A DNA stretch of 64,000 nucleotides from Macrostomum lignano. Taxonomy: Eukaryota. The notes under the pieces were generated by a model. The model ran no database searches and was not told where the DNA came from. It worked only from the letters and a program-made list of their open reading frames with translations. This document shows, piece after piece, positions 38,200 through 62,778 of this stretch. The stretch is taken from positions 80,872 to 144,871 of the forward strand of contig NIVC01002387.1 of the NCBI GenBank assembly GCA_002269645.1. Reading direction: 5' to 3'. Each line of letters opens with the position of its first letter. Position 1 is the first letter of the stretch. Position numbers and translations under genes: made by a program.

Positions 38200-41152
38200 A
38201 AGGTGGCTCTTTAATGTTTGACATTGTGGCTCTTTAATGTTTGACATGGTGGCTCTTCTATATTTGTCATGGTAGCTCTTTTGTGTTTGACAGGGTGGCT
38301 CTTTAATGTTTGACATGGTGGCTCTTTTGTGTTTGACATGATAGCTCTTTAATGTTTGACATGGTGGCTCTTCTATGTTTGACATGGTAGCTCTTTTGTG
38401 TTTGACATGATAGCTCTTTAATGTTTGACATGGTGGCTCTTCTATGTTTGACATGGTAGCTCTTTTGTGTTTGACATGATAGCTCTTTAATGTTTGACAT
38501 GGTGGCTCTTCTATATTTGACATGGTGTCTTCTATATTTGACGTGGTGGCTCTTTTGTGTTTGACATGATAGCTCTTTAATGTTTGACATTGTGGCTCTT
38601 CTATGTTTGACATGGTAGCTCTTTATTGTTTGACATGGTGGCTCCTCTATGTTTGCCATGGTGTCTCTTCTATGTTTGACATGGTGGCTGTTTTGTGTTT
38701 GACATCATAGCTTTTTAATGTTTGAAATGGTGGCTCTTTAATGTTCGACATGGTGGCTCCCTTATGTGTGACATGGTGTCTTTTTTATGTTTAAGGTTTG
38801 ACATGGAGTCATATATGTTTGACATGGTGGCTCTTTTATGTGTTTTATCTCTTTTATGAGTAAACAAACAAGCTTTTTAATGTTTGACATGGTGGCTCAA
38901 TAATGTTTTGACATGGTGGCTCAATAATGTTTTGACATGGTCTCTCTTTTATGTTCAATGTTTGACATGGAGTCACATATATGTTTGACATAGTGGCTCT
39001 TTTATGTTTGAGAGGGTGGCTCTTTAATTTTCACCATGATGGCGCTTTAATGTTTGACATAGAGACACGTATAGTATATGTTTGACATGGTGGCTCTTTT
39101 ATGTTCGAAATGGTGGCTCTTTTATGTTCGACATGATGGCTCTTTTTTGTTTGGCATGGTGGCTCTTTTATGTTTGACATGGTGGCTCTTTTATGTTGAC
39201 ATGGTGGCTCTTTTATGTTCGACATGGTGGCTCTTTTATGTTTGACATGGTGGCTCCTTTTTGTTGATATGATGGCTCTTTTATGTTCTACATGGTAACT
39301 CTTTTATGTTTGATACGGTGGCTTTTCAATGTCTGACATGGGGGCTCTTTAATGTTTGACATGGTGGCTCTTTAATGTTAGACAAAGTGGCTCTTAAATG
39401 TTTGACATGATGGCTCTTTTATGTTTGACATGGTGGCTCTCTAATGTTTGACATGGTGGCTCTTTAATGTTAGACAAAGTGGCTCTTAAATGTTTGACAT
39501 GATGGCTCTTTTATGTTTGACATGGTGGCTCTTTAATGTTCGAAATGGTGGCTCTTTAATGTTCGAAATGGTGGCTCTTTTATGTTTGACATGGTGGCTC
39601 TTTAATGTTTGACAAAAAGTCACTTATATGTTTGACAGAAAGTCACTTATATGTTTTACATAAAGTCACTTATATGTTTTACATAAAGTCACTTTATGTT
39701 TGACATGGTGGCTCTTTAATATTCTACATTGTGGCTCTTTAATGTTCGACATGGTGGCTCTTTTATGTTTGACATGGTGGCTCTTTAATGTTTGACATGG
39801 TGGCTCTTTAATGTTAGACATGGTGGCTCTTTAATGTTCGACATGGTGGCTCTTTAATGTTCGACATCGTGGCTCTTTAATGTTCGACATGGTGGCTCTT
39901 TAATGTTCAACATGGTGGCTCTTTAATGTTAGACATGGTGGCTGTTAATTTTTGACATGGTGCCTCTTTAATGTTTGACATGGTGGTCCTTTTATGTTTG
40001 ACATGGTGGCTCTTTTATGTTCGACATGATGGCTCTTTAATGTTTGACATGAAGTCACATAAATTTTGGACATGGTTGCTCTTTAATGTTCGACATGGTG
40101 GCTCTTTAATGTTCGACAAGGTGGCTCTTTAATGTTAGACATGGTGGCTCTTTAATGTTCGAAATGATGGCTCTTTAATGTTTGAAATGATGGCTCTTTA
40201 ATGTTTGACATGGTGGTCCTTTTATGTTTGACATGGTGGCTCTTTTATGTTCGACATGATGGCTCTTTAATGTTTGACATGAAGTCACATAAATGTTGGA
40301 CATGGTGGCTCTTTAATTTTCGACATGGTGGCTCTTTAATCTTAGACATGGTGGCTCTTTAATGTTAGACATGGTGGCTCTTTAATGTTCGATATGATGG
40401 CTCTTTAATGTTTGACATGAAGTCACATAAATTTTGGACATGGTGGCTCTTTAATGTTCGACATGGTGGCTCTTTAATGTTCGACAAGGTGGCTCTTTAA
40501 TGTTAGACATGGTGGCTCTTTAATGTTAGACATGGTGGCTCTTTAATGTTCGACACGATGGCTCTTTAATGTTTGACATGAAGTCACATATATGTTAGAC
40601 ATGGTGGCTCTTTAATGTTCGACATGGTGGCTCTTTAATGTTAGACATGGTGGCTCTTTAATGTTAGACATGGTGGCTCTTTAATGTTAGACATGGTGGC
40701 TCTTTAATGTTAGACATGGTGGCTCTTTAATGTTAGACATGGTGGCTCTTTAATGTTAGACATGGTGGCTCTTTAATGTTAGACATGGTGGCTCTTTAAT
40801 GTTCGACATGATGGCTCTTTAATGTTTGAAATGGTGGCTTTTTAATGTTAGACATGGTGGCTCTTAAATGTTAGACATGGTGGCTCTTTAATGTTCGACA
40901 TGATGGCTCTTTAATGTTTGAAATGGTGGCTTTGTAATGTTAGACATGGTGGCTTTGTAATGTTAGACATGGTGGCTCTTTAATTTTCGACATGGTGGCT
41001 CTTTAATGTTAGACATGGTGGCTCTTTAATGTTCGACATGGTGGCTCTTTAATGTTTGACATGGTGGCTCTTTAATGTTTGACATGGTGGCTCTTTAATG
41101 GTCGACATGGTGGCTCTTTACTGGTCGACATGGTGGCTCTTTAATGTTTGAC
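38200..41152 (+). repeat. 23-bp satellite (GACATGGTGGCTCTTTAATGTTH)n, ~3 kb
   Basis: More than 100 copies; degenerate on the left, homogeneous on the right. Confidence 0.95.
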
Positions 41153-41211
41153 ATTGTGCTTTTTTGTGTTTAGCATTTTGTGTTTTTAAGGTTTTTGAAT
41201 AAAAAAATCTT

Positions 41212-41282
41212 TTTGCACTACTAAGATTCGAACCCAGATCGCTGCATTAGCAGTCCAATCTGTTCGCATCTATGCTATCTCT
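41212..41282 (-). ncRNA. tRNA-derived fragment (Ser-GCT-like loop, B box)
   Basis: The minus strand reads ...GGACTGCTAATGCAGCGATCTGGGTTCGAATCTTAG; D arm degenerate. Confidence 0.4.
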
Positions 41283-42334
41283 TTTCAATTGGAGATCATG
41301 AATTGTGGCCCTTATAATTAAATTCTTATAGCAAATCGGTTAGAGTAAAAAGTTATGACATAATCAATTTCTCAGTCAGCCAGTATCAGTGTCAATTCAA
41401 GTTAGCAATATTGTTACGCAATTTAAATCAAGTTTTGTGTGCATTTTTTCGGCACTGTTTTCAACTGGTTGTGATGTAATCTTTATCACAATTGGAATTC
41501 AGTCAGTCAGTTTTTTCTCTAGCATTCTTACAATGCATTTCAGGTCGAAAGAGCTGCTTGACCTTTGCAAAAAAGCATGTTTTTCGAATATTTAATCCCT
41601 TTAATATTGAGCAATTTCTTAGCCAGGATGCATGTACCGTGCCAGGAAAATTTCTGATCAAATGGTGCAAGTTTGAAGAAAATCGGTTGAGCCAATTTTT
41701 CTGAAATCTATCGCATACCGACAGACAACTCATTTTTAGTATATTGGATACATCAACGGATATAACGTTGTCCATCTAGTATAACGGAGGGAGAAATAGC
41801 ATTTAAGACAGATATTACTCGTAGTTCATTATGGCTGAAGCTATACATGCACACAGCGTTGTTATTGAGAGTAAAATGGGAGCAGCGTTGCCTTAGGGTC
41901 AGTAATTCTGTCTATAAGCACCCCGGCCTTTCAGCTGCATCGTGTACCAGAGTAGCCGCGAGCAAGCCCGAGGTCCATGCAGCCCAGTCGATCGCCGTTA
42001 TCCAGCAACTGCAGAAACCAATAGCCATTCGTTGCCAGAGGTAATTAAGCGCGGAATCTGAGTGGCCGAAGTGACCTACTCTATGCATGTAGAGAGTTAC
42101 TGAGACGAGTGTCGAAGCGCATATAGTAGTCTTATATGCATTTATTGCAAAGCTCGCATTGGTCAACGGTTGTAGCCAAATTGGAACAAAATTTCATGAT
42201 CAAACTTAACAGAGCAACAGGTTTCCTGAGTGACAGAAAAGTTTTACGTCAGCGAAAGCGCCTTGAAGGCTTTGAGCACAGCATGCAAATGCATTGGAAG
42301 CATCATCATTTATAATGCAGCGTGGTGTATTCAA

Positions 42335-42610
42335 ATGCGGCGATTTGTGAGCGCAATCGAATTTGTTCGCAGCGTCAGCTGTAGCCAGCAGCCGACTCCC
42401 ACAGATGCCGCTGATGGCCAGCAGCATGAGCCGTTTCGACTGGTCTGGTCGCGTAGCATCGACAATCCGACTCGGTCGCAGTCGCGGTCGCAGTCGTCGT
42501 GCGCTTCAGTATGCGAGGTCATACCCGAGTACCGTCTGTTTCGCGAATTCTGCCGACCAGCCAGGCCGCTCAGTCACGGCTTCTTGCACAGGAACTACGA
42601 GCTGCATAGT
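42335..42610 (+). CDS. Candidate first coding exon of the FERM gene
   Basis: ATG 42335, open frame to a strong donor AGT|gtgagt in phase 0, compatible with the phase-0 acceptor at 46875. No recognisable homology. Confidence 0.4.
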
Positions 42611-42721
42611 GTGAGTTCTTAATTAGCAAGATGGTTCATGTGTTCAATAGGCTTTTATCAGCTGTTGAAGCTCTATTATAGCGTTGAGGTCTGATTACTG
42701 TTAGCCAATGTTGATCAGTGC

Positions 42722-42849
42722 GTCAGATTGATTAGCAGGTCAGATTGATCAGCAGGTCAGATTGATCAGCAGGTCAGATTGATCAGCAGGTCAGATTGAT
42801 CAGCAGGTCAGATTGATCAGCAGGTCAGATTGATCAGCAGGTCAGATTA
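42722..42849 (+). repeat. 17-bp tandem repeat (AGCAGGTCAGATTGATC)n
   Basis: About 7 copies. Confidence 0.9.
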
Positions 42850-43869
42850 TAAGTCAGATAAGTAGGCCAGATTATCGCAGCAGGTGGAATTGTAAGTAAA
42901 AGTGTAGGTCAGTCTGTCAGTCCATACAGTCAGGAAATGGTTGTCAGTTAAAGGGTGAAGCTTTGTCGACGTACTATAAGATCTTAATGTAGTCTAGGAG
43001 CTATATTACAAATTCAATGTCAATTTTACAGCGTTAATTCTTATATGAGTATTCACTCACAAGCCGAAAGCAATTAAAATGCAGTGCAACGTACAGTGTA
43101 GACGCTGATCACCAGGGAAGAAAGAACTGAAAGTAACATTCATGTACGAGCTAGAAACAAAATATACCGACTCGATTGATGACGCGAAGGGGGAATTTGG
43201 GAGGACTGCGGACTGGGCAGAACTGGGAAAAATAAAATCAAGAAAATGTTGATGACGACAACCACGGGTCTGGCAATCAATTTCCCGTCGGCTGCTCCCG
43301 CCCTCCCCTCTTCTCTCCTCGACCGATTCCACCAGTCTGCAGCCTCATCCCCGATCCCCCAGGAGGAATTTGGGGATGCTGAGCAGGCGGGCGGATGGAG
43401 GCAAAGCGGGGGGCTGAGGGCCTCGTGGACTTTAAATATAGAAAGTAGCCGTCGAGTTTCAATCAAGATTGGGGAGCAAACTATTACAGAAAGCAAATGC
43501 TTCGCCTTCTCGGGTCTCACGATTTCATCTCAATCGAAATTATAATTTTTTCCGCGATGCTCTTTACCCAATCTGCTTCGTCCAGACTTGAAACATCAAT
43601 ATGAATATTGGAATTTGACACGCTCCATTCTGGCATAGCCGAAGTTTTTTCTGCACCTTTCCATGAATTACCTGCACAGTTTATCCAATAAGTAGCTTTT
43701 ACGAGCGTATGTATGTACTTTTACGATTGCAGTATAAGTTGTTGTGTAAATTGTGTAAGTGTTGCAAAAACTTCAAAGACTACTTGAATTAAGCTGACAA
43801 TGTCTTTTGGCTCAAAATTTATATGCACAAAAATTCGATGCACCTTGCAACGGTAATTTCTGCGCTGCG

Positions 43870-44741
43870 CCTTTTTAAACGAAGATCTGCATGCGCGTTT
43901 CCACTCCCCCAGACCGTTGAGACATTCATGATTCTGCCAGAAGGTCTGATTTTTTCCATAAGCGCTACAGTAATTTGATCAGTACACGACCAGATGTTAA
44001 TTATGAATACATGCACTCGTACATGTAGTAAATGTGACCTCGATCAGTGCGGCCTTTGTCAACCCAATTCATACTTCATCAGCGCCATGCTGACTTTGTT
44101 CATGGCCTCTGACATTCACCTTGGCGGAGCTGCTATTGATCTGAACCTACCGGTACATATAACAGCTGGATGAAACCATCAGACTATGGACTCTGTTGCG
44201 AATATGTTCGATTTGCGATATCGCTGCCGGTCAATTGACTTGGGGGAAAACCTGAGCTACTTGTGAATCCTCAACTCGTCTCTTCCAGCATTCGATCATG
44301 ATGCAGTCATCATCCTGACGCCGTTAATTGGAAAGATTAAATAGGAAGGCACCATACACCAGGTGACAATCGAGTACCGATCGCGGGTGCAGAGCATCAA
44401 CTCCGCTGATGTAAAGTCAGCGCGTGCGGTGTCAATCATGTACGCTCTGTGGATTTTTATTGCACAGGGGGCTCCCAGGGAATGGTCGTAACCGTTTCTG
44501 AGAGCGATCCATAGGGACTCCATCAACTCGACCTTCGATTACTTCAGCGAGATATTAGAGTTGCTTGAGAATGGTAAAATTGAAACTGTCAATGATCGAT
44601 GCCATTCGCCTTCACTAAGTCTTCGAAAACCCTTGAGACGAAATTGGCCGAGTCGACTGTCGTCGGTGCTGTTCGAGTTGAGAGATATCCAAAGAAGAGA
44701 ACAACGCTCTTTGGGGCTCTATGATCGAACGTCGCACTGAA
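43870..44741 (+). pseudogene. Decayed coding-like frame of unknown origin
   Basis: One frame (ATG 44087) runs about 290 codons, counting upstream sequence, with only ~5 internal stops (TGA/TAG/TAA); GC-balanced island within AT-rich DNA. Confidence 0.35.
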
Positions 44742-46874
44742 TAGAGGAAGACGAACTCTTGACTAAGAATGATTTAAGTGAAAATCTTTCTTATTAGAAT
44801 GTTTAGAAAATAATCTATTTAATTTGTCGATGTATAGTAATAGGCAGAACTAAACGCTATTAATTTTTTGCGAATAATCGACGCGTTGTGAGGTGTTGTA
44901 AGACAGGTACGTGTACACAGTAAGCCTCAATCAAACAGTGTTACTTTTTTATGATAAGCATGTTTATTCAGCAAAATTAAATTAAATTAAGAAAGTAAGA
45001 AAGTATTTAGGACTTCTACCTGATTGAAATAAAACAGGAATTCTTAATTAAATTAGAAATGATGAATCCTTACACTGCATACTAGTGTGTTTTAAAAAGG
45101 CCTATTTAAGGAGTTGTGCTGAACATAATAATAACTAATACTACGAGCGTATTACAAAATGTAGTTTAGTAGTAATAATAGTACCTATTACGAGCTACTA
45201 ATACTATTTTTGCGACAAGGTCAAGTGTGACGAAGATTTTGCTAACCTTTATTGAGAATCGTAATTTACGACAATAAAGTGATAACTCGCAAAATCAGAT
45301 AATTTGAAAATCTGTTTTTTTCCTCGAAAGATATTTTAAATATCGCCAATATCGGGCTAGTCTAGGGCGTGGGGCTTTTTATTTCTAGAAGTTTTCTAGA
45401 TATTGCAATATTACCATTGCAGAATGTTTAAAAATTCAAATAATTTTTCTCGTCAGCAAATTATTCACAATTTAAAGTCGTATTTAAACACAATACAATG
45501 CTTCTTCCCGAGGGTTTGAAGTGGGGGGGGAATCAAAATCAGGCGCTTAAATCCTAATTAGGTTTCAGTTCAGTTAGTTCATTTAAATTAGTACTTTTAA
45601 TTTCTTTGGTTTGATTCAAATAACAGATAAATAAAATAACTTTTATTAATTAACCACTACCTTACTTGATACTTGTTATTATACTTGATCATTACTTAAG
45701 TCTAAGAAGCACTTGTCGCTTTTTTAATAATTTAAATGATTATTTTTAAAAATAAATTTAAGTTCATAGGAATTGAACCTCCTTTCTAACTATTTAACTA
45801 ACTATTAATGTGAAGTTTAAATAAGAATATTGCAATCTTTAAGGTGCTCTGTTAAGTAGAGGAATCAGTTTATAATAGAACATTTTCTTTTAAAATAGTT
45901 ATTATCATAAAATTTTTATGTTAAAACTGCTTTTGAAAAAAATTTTTGTTCAAGTGAATCTATGAATATCTTTGGGAATTTATTAGTACAAAATACTATT
46001 CAATGCAAAAAATATTATAGCCAAATTGCTTAAATAGTTACCATATTGATAGAAAAAACTTATTCCAAATTTCAATCTTTAAATTTAGATTTTTTACAAT
46101 CAATAGAAATGATAATTTTATTAAATAGAGATATATTTTAAATGAAAAAATATTTGAATTATGCTATATTTAAATCAAACTAATATTCTAATTTTTATAG
46201 GAATATACCAATAACAATTTAGTTCATAAAACTTTTTGTTTGATTTGTAATGCAAAACTAAAGAATATTTATAAGACAAACATGAACTTAAGCTTATATC
46301 TTATAAGCATATATCTTATGATAGTCTTCTGATAATATTGACAAGAAATATATAATGAATATATTATAAAGGTAATTGCTATAAACAAATTGAGACTATT
46401 AAATAAGCAGTAACCATATAATGGGTTGCTTTTAGTTTGAAACCCTTTTTTTCTTTGTCTTATATAGATTCATATAATAAATTGATACTATGACCAATTA
46501 GATCTTTATATCCTAGCTGAATCACTAATTGGACTTGATTTAATAAGAATTTTTTAACAAGAATTATCTCAAGAAACATCAATTATTTATAGAGATACAA
46601 TTCATGATAGTAATAATAATAGCTAAGAGTAAGTTGGATAAGAGCTAAATTGTCTAGATTTGGATCCCAATACAACAATAGGACTAGGAATTTGGATCCT
46701 ATCCAACCTTTAATTTTTTATAGACAGATTTTGAAATTAAGTAGAGATATAGTCATACATGTAGATAATAGTGGCTAAAAGCAAAAAGTTTATAGAGATT
46801 TTTTTCGGTATGATAATTAAGCCATATTTTATAACTTTTTATAATTGATTTAATTTCAATTTTCTGCATCCCAG

Positions 46875-57693
<10,819 letters not shown>

Positions 57694-57739
57694 GTGCGCC
57701 TGGTTTATTAGTGACAGCTCGGCAATCGACTGCCGGCTA

Positions 57740-58228
57740 GGTTAGGGTTTGGGTCTGGGTTTGGGTTTAGGTTTGGGTTAAGATTTGGTTTATGGTTGGG
57801 TTTAGGTTTGGGTTTAGGTTTGGGTTTAGGTTTGGGTTTAGGTTTGGGTTTAGATTTGGGTTTAGATTTGGGTTTAGGTTTGGGTTTAGGTTTGGGTTTA
57901 GGTTTGGGTTTAGGTTTTGGTTTAGATTTTAGGTTTAGGTTGGGTTTAAGTTTTAGGTTTAGGCTTGTGTTTAAGTTTGGGTTTAGGTTTGGGTTTAAGT
58001 TTGGGTTTAGGTTTTAGGTTCAGGTTTGGGTTTAGTTTGGGTTTAGGTTTTAGGTTCAGGTTTGGGTTTAGTTTGGGTTTAGGTTTTAGGTTCAGGTTTG
58101 GGTTTAGTTTGGGTTTAGGTTTTAGGTTCAGGTTTGGGTTTAGTTTGGGTTTAGGTTTTAGGTTCAGGTTTGGGTTTAGTTTGGGTTTAGGTTTTAGGTT
58201 CAGGTTTGGGTTTAGGTAAGGGTTAGGT
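57740..58228 (+). repeat. Telomere-like degenerate G/T hexamer repeat (GGTTTA/GGTTTG)n
   Basis: Direct reading; the distal part has a higher-order ~31-bp unit. Confidence 0.9.
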
Positions 58229-58245
58229 CACGTAAAACATAAAAG

Positions 58246-58866
58246 TGTCATATCAAACACAAAAGAAGCCTCATATCAAACATAAAAGAAGCCTCATGTC
58301 AAACATAGAAGAAGCCTCATGTCAAACATAAAAGCCTCATGTCAAACATAGAAGAAGCCTCATGTCAAACATAAAAGAAGCCTCATGTCAAACATAAAAG
58401 CCTCATGTCAAACATAGAAGAAGCCTCATGTCAAACATAGAAGAAGCCTCATGTCAAACATAAAAGAAGCCTCATGTCAAACATAGAAGAAGCCTCATGT
58501 CAAACATAAAAGAAGCCTCATGTCAAACATAAAAGCCTCATGTCAAACATAGAAGAAGCCTCATGTCAAACATAGAAGAAGCCTCATGTCAAACATAGAA
58601 GAAGCCTCATGTCAAACATAAAAGAAGCCTCATGTCAAACATAAAAGAAGCCTCATGTCAAACATAGAAGAAGCCTCATGTCAAACATAAAAGAAGCCTC
58701 ATGTCAAACATAGAAGAAGCCTCATGTCAAACATAAAAGCCTCATGTCAAACATAGAAGAAGCCTCATGTCAAACATAAAAGAAGCCTCATGTCAAACAT
58801 AAAAGCCTCATGTCAAACATAGAAGAAGCCTCATGTCAAACATAGAAGAAGCCTCATGTCAAACAA
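58246..58866 (+). repeat. 23/20-bp minisatellite (GCCTCATGTCAAACATAAAAGAA)n
   Basis: About 27 copies; the reverse complement resembles the 38.2-41.2 kb satellite. Confidence 0.95.
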
Positions 58867-59230
58867 AGGCGTCATTGCAAAAATTAAAGATTTATTGGGG
58901 AATCGCTGAAATGTTAAGGCTGAAGTCAGAAGCTAAATTTAGTTTATTCCTCCTAAACGGGGACGCTGATTGCTAGTTTCTAATAATAGCATTTGAATAA
59001 AACATAGACTTTTGATAATGCTATATTTTTACTAAGTAGAGTTTAAGTAGTAGCTTCCTGATTGAGCATTGACTTTAAATAAGGATTTTTAACATGGAAT
59101 TTAAGCATCAGGAGCGTGCACTTTTATTAATAGCATCTTGATTTAGCATAGATTTAGCCAGTATCAAATTTCGTATGTATAGCTGAATGTATAAACGCAG
59201 GCATCTACCACTCCGTACTATTTTTGGCAG

Positions 59231-59394
59231 GCTCAAGTCGCCAGAGAAGCCAGCTAAGCCGCTAATTCCGGGAACATTCAAACGCAATTGGAACTACACC
59301 GGGCCCACTAGGGGCCAGATGAATGACCAGACTCTGGGGCCGCTGCCCGAGGCACTCATCACTCCCGGGATGCGCAAGAGCTTTCGAAAGAAGG
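59231..59394 (+). CDS. FERM-adjacent (FA-like) exon of the FERM gene
   Basis: tttttggcag|G (phase 2 completes FFR-LKSPEKP...KRNWNYTGPTRGQ); donor G|gtgagt (phase 1). Confidence 0.8.
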
Positions 59395-59395
59395 G

Positions 59396-59829
59396 TGAGT
59401 CTGTACTGAGCTGGTCAGAGTCTGTACTGAGTTGGTCAGAGTCTGTACTGAGCTAGTCAGAGTCTGTACTGAGTTGGTCAGAGTCTGTACTGAGCTAGTC
59501 AGAGTCTGTAATGAGTTGGTCAGAGTCTGTACTGAGCTAGTCAGAGTCTGTAATGAGCTAGTCAGAGTCTGTACTGAGCTGGTCAGAGTCTGTACTGAGT
59601 TGGTCAGAGTCTGTACTGAGCTAGTCAGAGTCTGTACTGAGCTAGTCAGAGTCTGTACTGAGCTGGTCAGAATCTGTACTGAGGTGGTCAGAGTCTGTAC
59701 TGAGTTGGTCAGAGTCTGTACTGAGCTAGTCAGAGTCTGTACTGAGCTAGTCAGAGTCTGTACTGAGTTGGTCAGAGTTTGTACTGAGCTAGTCAGAGTC
59801 TGTACTGAGCTAGTCAGAGTCTGTGTCAG
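59396..59829 (+). repeat. 21-bp minisatellite (TCAGAGTCTGTACTGAGCTAG)n
   Basis: About 20 copies, starting at the splice donor. Confidence 0.95.
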
Positions 59830-59858
59830 GTCCGGCACCCCATTCCCGCACCGCTCAG

Positions 59859-60540
59859 AAGACGCATTCAGCACTTACGAGCCGCAGCTGGGCGGCCCCG
59901 GTCTCAACGGCACCGGCAGCGCGGCGGCCACGGCCTCCCGCTACTACCCGGCGCAGAGCACACCTCAGGACTATCAGCACCAGCAGCACCAGCACTCCAC
60001 TCTGCCAGCTCGAGAACAGTTCGATCGCCGCATCGAACTGGAGTCGGTCAGGCCGCGCCGGTGGTGCCTAACGCCGCTGGACGCCGACGTTGACGGCGCC
60101 GGCGCCTCGGTGGCGATCGCCGACCAAACAGTCGATGGCGACGAGACTCGCCGACCGCCGCTGCTGACCGCCGCCTGTCCGGGCGGCGACTGGCTCGGCG
60201 TTCGGGCCGACTCCGGCGTCAGAAACGGCGGCCAGTGGTACTTCGAGGTCGTTGTCGACGTGCCCGACGGTGCCAACCGGGACGCCGACGTCGATGCTCG
60301 CATCGGCTGGGCGACGGCGTCGGCTGGACTTCGGCTCGGAGCCGCCGACGGACACGGATTCGGGTTTGGGGCCGGGCCGGACGGCCGACAGGCCACCAAG
60401 TGCTTGGCCGGCCAGGTTGAAGACTACGGCTGCCGCCTGCGGCCGGGCGACGTTGTCGGAGCCGCTCTGGACCTGGACAGCGGCCTGGCGCTGTTCTCTG
60501 TGAATGGCGCCGAGCAGGGCCAGGCTTACAGCCTGAATAG
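59859..60540 (+). CDS. SPRY domain exon (DDX1-type)
   Basis: GVRADSGVRNGGQWYFEV...ARIGWAT...LGAADGHGFGFG...DYG...GDVVGAALDLDSG...FSVNG. Acceptor ccgctcag|AA (phase 1) and donor AG|gtgagt (phase 2). Confidence 0.85.
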
Positions 60541-60552
60541 GTGAGTTCCGCA

Positions 60553-61700
60553 CTGCTCATCTATATGCCTGCTTATCTACCCGCCTGCTTATCTACCTTC
60601 CTGCTTATCTACCCGCCTGCTTATCTACCTTCCTGCTTATCTACCCGCCTGCTCATCTACCTGCCTGCTTATCTACCTGCTTATCTACCCGCCTGCTTAT
60701 CTACCTGCTTATCTACCCGCCTGCTTATCTACCCGCCTGCTTATCTACCCTCCTGCTTATCTACCTGCTTATCTACCCGCCTGCTTATCTACCTGCTTAT
60801 CTACCTATCTGCTTATCTACCTGACTGCTTATCTAACTGCCTGCTTATCTACCCGCCTGCTTATCTACCCGCCTGCTTATCTACCCGCCTGCTTATCTAC
60901 CTGCCTGCTTATCTACCCGCCTGCTTATCTACCTGCCTGCTTATCTACCCGCCTTCTTATCTACCTGCTTATCTACCCGCCTGCTTATCTACCTGCTTAT
61001 CTACCCGCCTGCTTATCTACCTGCTTATCTACCTATCTGCTTATCTACCTGCCTGCTTATCTACCTTCCTGCTTATCTATCCGCCTGCTTATCTACCTGC
61101 TTATCTACCCGCCTGCTTATCTACCTGTCTGCTTATCTACCTGTCTGCTTATCTACCTGTCTGCTTATCTACCCGCCTGCTTATCTACCTGCTTATCTAC
61201 CCGCCTGCTTATCTACCTTCCTGCTTATCTACCCGCCTGCTTATCTACCTTTCTGCTTATCTACCCGCCTGCTTATCTACCTGCTTATCTACCCTGTTTT
61301 CTACTTGCCTGCTTATCTACCTGCCTGCCTATCTACTCGCCTGCTTATCTACCTGCCTGCTTATCTACCTGCCTGCTTATCTACCCGCCTGCTTATCTAC
61401 TCGCCTGCTTATCTACCTGCCTGCTTATCTACCTGCCTGCTTATCTACCCGCCTGCTTATCTACCCGCCTGCTTATCTACCTGCTTATCTACCCTGTTTT
61501 CTACTTGCCTGCTTATCTACCTGCCTGCCTATCTACTCGCCTGCTTATCTACTCGCCTGCTTATCTACCTGCTTATCTACCCTGTTTTCTACTTGCCTGC
61601 TTATCTACCTGCCTGCCTATCTACTCGCCTGCTTATCTACCCGCCTGCTTATCTACTCGCCTGCTCATCTATCTGCCTGCTTATCTACTCGCCTGCTTAC
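60553..61700 (+). repeat. 12/16-bp mixed minisatellite (CCTGCTTATCTA[CCCG])n
   Basis: Direct reading. Confidence 0.95.
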
Positions 61701-62229
61701 GTGTCCTTATTTATTTACCTGCTAGTCTAGCTAATGACACTTTCTATGACCCCAGCGCACCAACTATATTATAATAAGCGGGGCAATAAATTTTAATAAT
61801 CCTATTATGAATTGGTGTTTGCATTTTGAATCGCTGCTCTGACCTAATAAAAATTTATTGCCAGAGTTTGTATAAATTGGAGCCCAAAAAGACAACAGAA
61901 ACAATAATAATGATATGCCTTTCAGATCAAAGCGACAGGAAGTGCATGCCCGGCAGTGCAGTATGATTTATGCATATGCAGTTTCTATAGTTTTTGCAGT
62001 TTTTTTTCAATAAAATAACGGCTTTTCTGTCTGGCTTTAACTATTTATAGGATGCTTATAATTATTCTTTGTCTGGCCTAATATAGTCGATCGAGTATTG
62101 ATATAACGGGACTGAAATTTGCCAAGTAGCTAATAAACTGTTTGTTTAACAATTGTTGATAAAGTGCTCTGTCAGCCCTGCTGTACAGTTTCAGCGGTGT
62201 TTGTGTTGAATAGATGGCTAGGGGAGATT

Positions 62230-62630
62230 TTTATTAGATTGAGGTGAGATGCGGTGAGATTGAGTGATTTTATACGAGATAGGGTGAGATAAGAGCGACA
62301 TTTGTGAGATAGGGTAAGATTGGGGTGAGATTGGATGATATTGAGATGAGATACGTGAAATGGGGTGAGATAGTATGAGACTGATGTGAGATAAGATAAG
62401 TCTGGGGTGACATAAGATGAGATTGGTGTGAAATAGGATGAGATTGGTGTGAGATAGGATGAGATTGGTGTGAGATAGGATGAGATTGGTGTGAGATAGG
62501 ATGAGATTAGTGTGAGATAGGATGAGATTAATGTGAGATAGGATGAGATTGATGTGAGATTAAGATAAGATTGGTGCGAGAAATGAAGATGAGATTGAGT
62601 GAGATAGCATAAGATTATGAGATGAGATGG
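62230..62630 (+). repeat. Degenerate ~21-bp repeat (GAGATTGGTGTGAGATAGGAT)n
   Basis: Homogeneous core at ~62415-62540 with degenerate flanks. Confidence 0.8.
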
Positions 62631-62778
62631 AGTTTTAAAACTTTGATGAAATTTTATGGAGACACGATAATAATTGGATAGATTTTGAGTAAGAGCGGAT
62701 GGATAGTATTATGAGGAGATCAGAATTACGGACTAAGCAAGCTACACGTGTACACCTGCAACCCCCGCCCACCTGCAG

